Shown: positions 9,369 through 17,299 of the stretch, piece by piece
Position numbering within the stretch: the stretch's first letter is position 1
How the letters are laid out: every line of letters begins with the position of its first letter
Assembly: GCA_005888095.1 (NCBI GenBank)
Contig: VBKF01000111.1
Coordinates: 260-64,259, forward strand
DNA from: Deltaproteobacteria bacterium
GTDB lineage: Bacteria > Desulfobacterota > Binatia > DP-6
Length of the DNA stretch: 64,000 nucleotides
Direction of reading: 5' to 3'
Notes under the pieces: model-generated
What the model saw: the letters and a program-made list of their open reading frames with translations, nothing else
Told to the model about the DNA's origin: nothing
Database searches by the model: none
Translations under genes and position numbers: made by a program

Positions 9369-12043
9369 GGCGACTGCGCGACCTGGCCCGGACGGCCCCA
9401 GCGTGCGGCCCGCTCGCGCTCGGGGATCTCCCAGACCGCCGCGTGCAGCGCGTCGGTCGCGTCGGGATCTTGGAGCAGGATGCGGCGCTCCCGCGCGGCG
9501 AGGACCTCCGGCCCCTCCGCGAGCGCCCGGTCGAGGAGCGCGCGGCGGGCCACGCGGATCGTCGCCCGCAGCGCGCGACGCGGGCCGAGCAGCGCGCGAT
9601 GGAGCGCGTTCACGTAGGGGTCGACGGCGGCACGCACGAAGCCGTCGTGCTCGCGCTCGGGCAGGCGCGCCGCCCGCTGCCGGGCGGCGGTGAGGAACGC
9701 GCCGAGATCGCCCAGCTCGGCGGGCAGCGCGCTCTCCTCGGGGATCAGGAAGAGCCCCCACCGGCGCGTGCGCTCCCCAAAGCTCACGCGGCTGGTGTAC
9801 GCCGACAGCGGGACCGCGAGGATCAGCGCGCCGATGATCGGCGTCACCCACCAGAAGTAGTACGGGTTCAGCCAGAAGAGGGTCGCGCCCCAGGCGCTGG
9901 CCCACAGGGAGTCGAGGCCGTGCTGACGGATGGCTTCCCGCCAGCCCGTCTCGTCGTCTCCCCGCTCCTGCGAGCGCCAGGCGACGGTGCGTCCGAGCAG
10001 GTTCAGCAGCACGAACCGGCTGTGGAACACCATGCGGATCGGCGCCAGCAGGCTCGAGAGGAGGATCTCGAGCAGCACGCTCACCGTGAGCCGCACGACG
10101 CCGCCGTAGGCGCGGGCGTGGCGACGTTTGAGGGCGATCAGGAGGATGCTGAGCGCCTTCGGGAAGAAGAGCAGCATGCCGATCACGGCGAGCAGCGAGT
10201 ACGCCCACTCGGGCCGCCAGACGGGCCACTCCGGGAACAGGCTCGGCCCGTGCGGGAAGTACTCCGGCTCGCGGATGGCGAACTGGATGGCCTCGACCGT
10301 GCTCAGGCTCAAGAACGTGAACCAGAGCAGCGCCGACACGTAGGAGAGGGCGCCGTTGAGGAAGAGCGCGCGGTGGGCGCCGAACAGGCCCTCGGTGAAC
10401 AGGAGCCGCAGGTGCTGCAGGTTGCCCTGGCACCAGCGGCGGTCGCGGCGCATCTCCTCGAGCAGCGTCGGCGGGACCTCCTCGTAGCTGCCCCCGAGGT
10501 CGTAGGCGAGCCAGAGGGTCCAGCCGGCGCGGCCCATGAGCGCCGCCTCGACGAAGTCGTGGCTCAGGATCTCGCCGCCGAGCGGCTCGCGGCCCGGGAG
10601 CCGCGGCAGCGCGCAGTGATCCATGAAGGGCTGCACGCGGATGATCGTGTTGTGGCCCCAGTACTGCCCGTCGCCGAGCTGCCAGAAGTGCAGGCCGGCC
10701 GCGAACATGGGCCCGTAGACGCGGCTCGCGAACTGCTGCACACGCGCGAACAGCGAGCGGCGGCTCACCGCCGTCGGCGCGGTCTGGATCATGCCGACGT
10801 CGGCGTGGCGCTCCATGAGCTCGACCAGACGCACGAGCGTCTCGCCCGCCATCACGCTGTCGGCGTCGAGCATGATCATGTAGCGGTAGCGCATCCCCCA
10901 GCGGCGGCAGAAGTCGGCGACGTTGCCGCTCTTGCGCTCCAGGCGGACCTTCCGCCGCCGATAGAAGATCCGGTCGAAGCCGTCGACCGCGCGACACCAC
11001 TCGAACCAGGCCTCCTCCTCCTTGACCGCCGCGCCCGCCTCCGCGGTGTCGCTCAGGACGAAGAAGTGGAAGAGGTGGAGCGCGCCGGCGCGCTCGAGGG
11101 ATCGATGGATCGCGCGCAGGCCGGCGAACACCCGGTCGACCGGCTCGGCGCAGATCGGCATCACGATGGCCGTGCGAAGTCCGGGATCGAGCGCGGCGGC
11201 CGGCTCACCCGGGGACTGGCCGAGGCTCGTGATGGCGAAGCGGTCGCGGCGCCGGACGAGCGTCAGGAACCCGAGGAGCGCCGTCCAGAAGCCGATCGAG
11301 ATCCAGCCGAAGAGCGCGCCGAAGAAGGCGACGATGGCGAGCTCGAGCCACGTGGTGCCGTGGTTGGGCAGCACGTTCACCATGAAGCCGCTGGCGACGG
11401 TGGTGGGGATGAGGACGAGCGCGAGGAGCAGGAGGCGGCGCCGGTGCGCGGCATGCGTCCACGGCAGGCGGCGGCGCAGCTGGCGGAGCGGCCGGCCGTA
11501 CAGCGCGTGGTCGGCCGGGGCGGCGGCGGGGGCACGCCGGCGGCTGAAGAACCCGCGGAGAAAACGGGGGTCCATCGGCTCCGACACCATGGATCGGCGC
11601 GCGAGCGGGGGCGCCGAGCACAGGACACCGTCGCGCATCGGGCTCGTCGAGGGCCTGCCCGCCGTCTCGCTCCGCGGCGCGCGGCCCGCGAGCGCCCGCT
11701 CCAGACGCCAGGCGCGGAATTCGTCGGCATCGCCGGTGGCCCGCCCCTCGCCCACCAGCGCGCGGACCGCGTCGAGCGTCGCGGCCACCGCGTCGCCCGT
11801 CCCCTCGACGGCTCGCTCCACGGCGCGGGCCGCGAGCGCCTCGCGCTCGCCCTCGGGCATGCCGAGCGCCTCGAGATAGGCGACCGCGCGTGTGTGGGCC
11901 GCCTTCCAGTCCTGGAGGAGCCGCGCCGCGGACACCGCGAAGCGCCGCGCGGCCGCCGCGCCGTCCCCCCGGGCCGCCACACCGCGCGCCTCTAAAGTGT
12001 GTGAACGAACGTCGTTGCTCACGGCAGGACCGCGTAGGACCAC
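9365..12043 (-). CDS. opgH: Glucans biosynthesis glucosyltransferase H (osmoregulated periplasmic glucan synthase, GT2 family)
   Basis: 892-aa ORF with strong collinear similarity to E. coli MdoH/OpgH recalled from memory. [57 protein letters not shown] matches [57 protein letters not shown]. The DADS and [12 protein letters not shown] motifs and multiple TM segments are present. The annotated start overlaps opgG by 25 nt, so the true start may be a downstream Met. Confidence 0.9.
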   Translation of the reverse strand: [892 protein letters not shown]

Positions 12044-13608
12044 GTTTCCGTCCGCGCCTCGCCGCCTTCGTCCAGGAACGCGCGCAGCTCGAGCGGCTCG
12101 CGCTTCTTCGGCCGCACCTGGAACGAGAGCCGCCAGCCGCGGCAGAACGGGTCGTTGACCACTTGCTGGTCGATCAGCTCGCCGGCGTCGTCACCGCCGA
12201 CCACCGTCACGACGCCGCGCAGCACCCGGTCGGCCGGAATGACGCCGAGCTTGCCGCCGGCGAAATCGACCACGAAGCGCTGGGCATCCTTGGCGGTGCC
12301 GTTGTCCCGGCGCGTCGCCACGGCGCGACCACCGGGCGGCCGGGTCGGGTCGTCGCCGTACCAGTAGAGCGTGTATGCGAACGGCAGCGGCTCGCCGGGC
12401 TTCGGCGCCTTCTCGGGTACCCAGTACGTGACGACGTTGTCGTTGGTGTCCGCGTTCGTCGGGATCTCCACGACCTCGACCCGACCCGCACCCCAGTCCT
12501 GGCGGGGGACCACCCAGGCGCTCGGGCGACGCTGCGCCTGCGTCTCGAGGTCCTGGTAATGCTCGAAGTCGCGGTCCCGCTGCAGGAGGCCGAAGCCCTT
12601 CACGCCGTCCGCCTGGAGCGAGCTCACGTGCAGCGTGCGCGGGTTGTCGAGCGGGCGCCACAGCCACTCCCCGCTGGCGAAGTTCACCAGCACCCCGTCC
12701 GAGTCGTGCGTCTCGGGACGGAAGTCGCTGAAGGTGCGGACGCTGTTCTCGCCGTGGAAGAACATGCTGTTGAGCGGCGCGATCCCGAGCTTGCGGACCT
12801 CCTTGCGCAGGAACACCCGGCAATCCACGCTGACGGCGGTCTGCTCGCCCGGGCCGACGACGAAGCGATAGGCGCCGGTGAGGCTCGGACTGTCGAGCAG
12901 CGCGTAGAGCGTCATCTCCTTGGCGTTCGCCGTCGGGGTCACCAGCCAGAACTCCTTGAACCACGGGAACTCCTCGCCGTGCGACTCGGCGGTGTCGACG
13001 GCGATGCCGCGCGCCGAGAGCCCGAACACCTGCTCCTTGCCGACCGCACGGAAATAGCTCGCGCCGAGGAAAACGATGACCTCGTCGTAGTAATCGCGCG
13101 CCTTGATCGGGTAATGGATGCGAAATCCCGCGTAGCCAAGACCCTGCGGCACCTTGCTGGCAAAGTCGTTCTTGCCGTAATCGAACGAGCTCGGCGAGAA
13201 CGGCACCGAGTGGACGCCGTCGGCCTTGACGACGTTCACCTTCACCGTCCGGTCGTAGTACAGGCCGGGATGAAAGAACTGCACCCGAAAGGGTGACCGG
13301 CGATCGCGCCACAGCGCGCGCTCGGGACGGAAGCGGATGTCGCGCCACTGGTCGTAGGTGATCTTGAGAAGCCAATCGGGCACCTGACCCTTGGGATCCC
13401 GGTAGGGCTCCTCGGCGAGCTTCCGCGCCCGGCCGGCGACTTCCTCGAGGCCGAAGGCGGCGGCCGCACCGCGCGGGAGCCCCGCGACGCCGAGGACCAC
13501 CAGCGCCCCCACGCCGAAGTCGCGCGCCACCCGCCCGCGAGCCGCTCGAAAGCCCGTCTTCACCGCCTGGGCGGACCCTGCCGGCACCATCCGACTCCTC
13601 TCCAGCAC
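12019..13608 (-). CDS. opgG: Glucans biosynthesis protein G (periplasmic OpgG/MdoG family; members of this family are reported to act as beta-1,2-glucanases)
   Basis: 529-aa ORF. It has the OpgG/MdoG-like region PYRDPKGQVPDWLLKITYDQWRDIRFRPERALWRD...GLYYDRTVKVNVV...YAGFRIHYPI and an N-terminal signal region. It sits immediately upstream of opgH, as in the canonical opgGH operon. Confidence 0.88.
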   Translation of the reverse strand: MLERSRMVPAGSAQAVKTGFRAARGRVARDFGVGALVVLGVAGLPRGAAAAFGLEEVAGRARKLAEEPYRDPKGQVPDWLLKITYDQWRDIRFRPERALWRDRRSPFRVQFFHPGLYYDRTVKVNVVKADGVHSVPFSPSSFDYGKNDFASKVPQGLGYAGFRIHYPIKARDYYDEVIVFLGASYFRAVGKEQVFGLSARGIAVDTAESHGEEFPWFKEFWLVTPTANAKEMTLYALLDSPSLTGAYRFVVGPGEQTAVSVDCRVFLRKEVRKLGIAPLNSMFFHGENSVRTFSDFRPETHDSDGVLVNFASGEWLWRPLDNPRTLHVSSLQADGVKGFGLLQRDRDFEHYQDLETQAQRRPSAWVVPRQDWGAGRVEVVEIPTNADTNDNVVTYWVPEKAPKPGEPLPFAYTLYWYGDDPTRPPGGRAVATRRDNGTAKDAQRFVVDFAGGKLGVIPADRVLRGVVTVVGGDDAGELIDQQVVNDPFCRGWRLSFQVRPKKREPLELRAFLDEGGEARTETWSYAVLP

Positions 13609-13956
13609 AACGCAAGGTTGCGGGCTAGTCTCACAACGACGGGAGCGGGGTCAATTGCGGGTTCCGAATGCGTAGATCATCACGGCGCCGCCGATACAAG
13701 CCTATATCCCGGCCTCGCCGCAGGGTCGAATGCCATCGGCGGATTCTCACCGGCACGCGTACCGATGTGGCGTTCGCCCTCGCGCTTCGCCGTCGGCAAG
13801 CTTTCAACTATCGGGTCGCGCACAGCATCGGGAGCGTGCGACGCGACCCTCACCCGTTGCGGTGAGAATCCAGCCTTCCGGTCGATTGCACCGCCGGGCC
13901 GCTGCCGACTATCCTGTGCCTGGACTTCCCTGCCGCACGACGCGGGAGTCCTCCAA
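13609..13956. promoter_or_regulatory. Divergent intergenic region between opgG (minus) and the ferritin-like gene (plus). It contains an 11-bp inverted repeat pair, GATTCTCACCG at 13742..13752 and CGGTGAGAATC at 13860..13870
   Basis: 348-bp non-coding gap with lower GC than the flanking genes. The two inverted-repeat arms are exact and 107 bp apart. Their function is unknown. Confidence 0.3.
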
Positions 13957-14973
13957 ATGATCGACGACGCCGTCAACCAGCTCGAACGCCTGGACGAGGA
14001 GCTCGAGACGCTCCTCACCTCCTTCGACACCAGCTACGCCTGGAACTACGGCAGCGTGAAGGACGGCCTCCGCGACCTCTACGAGAAGGCGAAGCGCGAG
14101 CAGTGGAACGGCACGACGCAGCTCGCCTGGGACACCGACGTCGATCCCGAGCGCGGAATCCTTCCCGACCTCATCCAACCGCTGGCCGGCTACCCGCCCT
14201 ACGAGCGGCTGACCGTCCGTGAGAAGGCGCGGCTTCGCCACGCGCAGGTCGCGCTCCAGCTCTCGCAGTTCCTGCACGGCGAGCAAGGCGCGCTGATCGT
14301 CGCTTCCCAGCTCGTCGGCGCGGTCCCCTGGATCGATGCCAAGTACTACGCCGGCACGCAGACCATGGACGAGGCGCGGCACGTGGAGGTGTTCAGCCGC
14401 TATCTCCGCGAGAAGCTCGAGTGGCAGTGGCCGGTGAACGAGAGCCTGAAGGAGCTGCTCGACGCGACCATCAAGGACGGCCGCTGGGACCTCAAGTACC
14501 TGGGCATGCAGATCATCATCGAGGGCCTCGCCATGGCCGCCTTCGGCAACCTCCTCCAGATCACGCAGGAGCCGCTTCTCAAGGAGCTCATTCGCTACGT
14601 GATGAAAGACGAATCGCGCCACGTGGCCTTCGGCGTGCTCTCGCTGTCGGACCACTACCGCGACATGGCGTCCGGCGAGCTCGCCGACCGCGAGGAATTC
14701 GTCATCTACGCGTGCGAGCTCATGCGCGACCGCCTGGTCGGCGATCAGATCTCCAGCGTCATGGGCTGGAACCGAGAAGAGGTGAGGCAGGTGGTCCTCG
14801 CCTCGGCCCCGGCGCAGACGTTCCGGCGCCTGCTGTTCGCGCGCGTCGTGCCGAACCTCGGGCGGCTCGGGCTGCTGACGCCGCGCGTGCGCGAGGCGTT
14901 CACCCGCCTCGGCATCCTCGAGTTCGAGCACGCCGATCCCGAGGCGCAGGACCGGGCGCTCGGCCTCGCCTGA
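13957..14973 (+). CDS. Ferritin-like di-iron carboxylate protein, possibly AurF-like N-oxygenase family
   Basis: Met codon 114 of track ORF 13618..14973 (MIDDAVNQLERLDEEL...). It carries two E...ExxH di-iron motifs (DEARHVEVF and DESRHVAFG) with EGLAMAAFG in between. The upstream 113 codons of the track ORF are arginine-rich noise. Confidence 0.7.
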   Translation: MIDDAVNQLERLDEELETLLTSFDTSYAWNYGSVKDGLRDLYEKAKREQWNGTTQLAWDTDVDPERGILPDLIQPLAGYPPYERLTVREKARLRHAQVALQLSQFLHGEQGALIVASQLVGAVPWIDAKYYAGTQTMDEARHVEVFSRYLREKLEWQWPVNESLKELLDATIKDGRWDLKYLGMQIIIEGLAMAAFGNLLQITQEPLLKELIRYVMKDESRHVAFGVLSLSDHYRDMASGELADREEFVIYACELMRDRLVGDQISSVMGWNREEVRQVVLASAPAQTFRRLLFARVVPNLGRLGLLTPRVREAFTRLGILEFEHADPEAQDRALGLA

Positions 14974-15030
14974 ACGCACCGCCCGCCGGCGAGGCTGGCC
15001 GCAGCCCGCGCAGCAGGGTACACGGATCCC

Positions 15031-15483
15031 ATGGCCGACGATCTCGGAGAGACGATGAACAAGGCGCTCGGAGGCTGGGACGACGCGATGGGACTCCGCT
15101 TCGTGAGCGCCACCCGCGACGAGGTGGTCGCCGAGTACGTCGTCGACCGCCGGCACCTCCAGGGCTACGGGATCGTGCACGGCGGCATGCACTGCGGCGC
15201 CATCGAGACGGTCTGCTCGACGGGCGCCGCCCTCGACGCGATGGCGCGCGGGCTGGCGGTGGTCGGGGTCGAGAACAGCACGAGCTTCGTGCGGGCCGTG
15301 CGCGAGGGGCGCGTGCGGGTCACGGCGAGGCCGATCACCCGCGGCCGCCGCTCGCAGCTCTGGGAGGCGGTGGCGCGCGACGAGCAGGGGCGGGTCGTCT
15401 CCTGCGGGCGCGTGCGGCTGCTCTGTCTGGAGCCGGGCAGCGACCTCGGCGGGCAGCCGGCGCCGTCCCGGCCGCCGGTCTGA
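15031..15483 (+). CDS. PaaI-family hotdog-fold thioesterase
   Basis: 150-aa ORF with GIVHGGMHCGAIETVCSTGAA and RPITRGRRSQLWEAVARDEQGRVVSCGRV, which is the typical PaaI/4HBT architecture. Confidence 0.8.
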   Translation: MADDLGETMNKALGGWDDAMGLRFVSATRDEVVAEYVVDRRHLQGYGIVHGGMHCGAIETVCSTGAALDAMARGLAVVGVENSTSFVRAVREGRVRVTARPITRGRRSQLWEAVARDEQGRVVSCGRVRLLCLEPGSDLGGQPAPSRPPV

Positions 15484-15565
15484 AACGCCTCAGGGCGCGA
15501 CCGTGACGATCACGGTCGGGCGCCCTGCGCCCGCCTCGCGCGAGTCGTCACGAGCCGCAGCAAGC

Positions 15566-17257
15566 TCACGGACCGAGCTCGGGATGCCGGCGGATCCACT
15601 CCGCCACCGCGCTGTCCCACACGCTGCGGTCCTTCGTCACCGTGAAGCAGTCCGGCAGCACGGCCGGGTAGTCTCCGGGCCCGAGCCAGACCATGACGTT
15701 GTTCGCGCACGCCGCGAGCTTGCCCGGCGGGATCCCCATCCGATCGGCGGAGAACTGGCCTTGCTCTTCCGCCATGAAGACGTCGTTGAAGAGCGCCAGC
15801 ATCGGCGAGCGGCTGTTCGGATCGCCCCAGTCGATCCACTTGAAGAAGCCCTTGTGGCCGAGGTCGCCGCCCTCGGGCGGGCCCGGCATCGGCTGCAGCC
15901 GGACGAGCGTGTTCTGGATGGTCCAGAGGTTCGTGTGGCCGTCGATCGTCGTGTCGAGGTTGCGCGCGCTGAAGGCCGAGAAGCACCCGTCGAAGAGCGA
16001 ATCGTCGACCACGCCGCCGTTCAGGTGGTCGTTCTCGACACAGTCGTCGCGAATGTACGAGAGCCACACGTCCTTGATGAGGAAGCCGCCTGCCCCGCCG
16101 CGTGGCCGGATCCCGTCGCCGACGTCGTCCACGCGGATGCCGTCGACGGTGAATGAACCGTTCTCGAACATGAAGCCCGCGTTGTTCGGACTGTGCATCT
16201 CGGACCAGGTGGCGTCGAGGCGATTCGCCCCGATGATCCGCCCGCCGGCCCAGCAGTCGCCGGGCGCCGAGATCGGGCCCAGGTTGACGGGGTAGACGTT
16301 GGTCGCACAGGGGTTGCTCGGGTCGGGCTGCGAGCAGTGGACGAAGGTCGCGTCGCGCGCGTCGATCACCGTGCCGGGCGCGAGCGAACGTGTGTAGTAG
16401 GAGTCGGCGAGCGTCCCGCCGACCACGATGCCCGCCCCCGACGCGAGGCACGCGAACGTGTCGTCGGCGCCCGGACAGCGGCAGTTCCCCTGACACCGCC
16501 CGGGACACGCAGCGTCGTCGGCGCCGTCGCAGCTCTCGAGCGGCGGCTCGGCGACGCCGTTGCCGCAGACGGTCGTGGTGGTGACCGAGGCGGACGTGGT
16601 CGTCGTGGTGACCGGCGGCTGCGTGCTGGTCGTCGTCACGGGCGGCGGGGTGGTGGTCGAGGTGCTCGTCGGAGCCTCGTCGACGAGCACCTCGACCGCC
16701 GGCGGGCCCGACTTGCCCTCCCGTGAGCTGTAGATCACGTCGTCGAAGGTCGGGCTCTCGCTCGAGAGCGCAAAGCAGTAGACGTCCCTTCCGGGCTCGA
16801 GCGCCGCCGTGAAGTCGAACGCGACGACCTGGCGGCGCTGGACAGCGCCCACCGAAGCGAGGCCGAGCGGGTCGACCGCGGGGCGGGTGTTCCACGTGAG
16901 CGTCTCTTCGTTCCACCCGCAGCCCGCCGCATGGAGATTGCCCCCGGAGTCGCTCCCGGCGTGGCCGTTGACGTCCACCTGGAGGCGCAGGCGGGCGGCG
17001 ACCACCGGTCCGCCCGTGGCACCACCCAGGCTGACGCGGAGGAACGTCTGCGCCTGGCTGCCGGGCGTGTCCACCGCCCGCAACACCCGGTCGGCGCCCG
17101 CGTTCGCATCGGGGCTCGCCTGGTCGACCCAGGTGTCCGCCTCCACGACGCCCGGCCGCTGGACGAGTGTGGCGGCGCCGACCGGCGGGAGCGCGAGCTG
17201 CGTGCCGGCGAGCAGGGCCACGGCGCGAGCCAGGGACGACGCCGAGGAGGAGACCAA
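15566..17257 (-). CDS. Secreted protein with an N-terminal CBM-like beta-sandwich domain, a Thr/Pro linker, one Myxococcales-type cysteine-rich repeat and a C-terminal domain of unknown function
   Basis: 563-aa ORF with a signal peptide. Its N-terminal domain (ETLTWNTRPAVD...DVYCFALSS) is homologous to the two C-terminal repeat domains of the haem protein at 40700..44041. The linker is TSTSTTTPPPVTTTSTQPPVTTTTT, followed by the Cys repeat CGNGVAEPPLESCDGADDAACPGRCQGNCRCP. Confidence 0.75.
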   Translation of the reverse strand: MVSSSASSLARAVALLAGTQLALPPVGAATLVQRPGVVEADTWVDQASPDANAGADRVLRAVDTPGSQAQTFLRVSLGGATGGPVVAARLRLQVDVNGHAGSDSGGNLHAAGCGWNEETLTWNTRPAVDPLGLASVGAVQRRQVVAFDFTAALEPGRDVYCFALSSESPTFDDVIYSSREGKSGPPAVEVLVDEAPTSTSTTTPPPVTTTSTQPPVTTTTTSASVTTTTVCGNGVAEPPLESCDGADDAACPGRCQGNCRCPGADDTFACLASGAGIVVGGTLADSYYTRSLAPGTVIDARDATFVHCSQPDPSNPCATNVYPVNLGPISAPGDCWAGGRIIGANRLDATWSEMHSPNNAGFMFENGSFTVDGIRVDDVGDGIRPRGGAGGFLIKDVWLSYIRDDCVENDHLNGGVVDDSLFDGCFSAFSARNLDTTIDGHTNLWTIQNTLVRLQPMPGPPEGGDLGHKGFFKWIDWGDPNSRSPMLALFNDVFMAEEQGQFSADRMGIPPGKLAACANNVMVWLGPGDYPAVLPDCFTVTKDRSVWDSAVAEWIRRHPELGP

Positions 17258-17299
17258 GGGGCGCAGCGACTCACTCGTGAAGGAAGGGGCCGGCCAGGA

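Noticed and set aside
8780-11995. 1071-aa plus-strand ORF antisense to opgH and the SBP gene, and the 971-aa track ORF 8085..11000
   Set aside because: Only the last 427 codons of 8085..11000 are a real SBP. Upstream of the TTG start that frame is Arg-rich junk, and it overlaps the confidently identified opgH frame.
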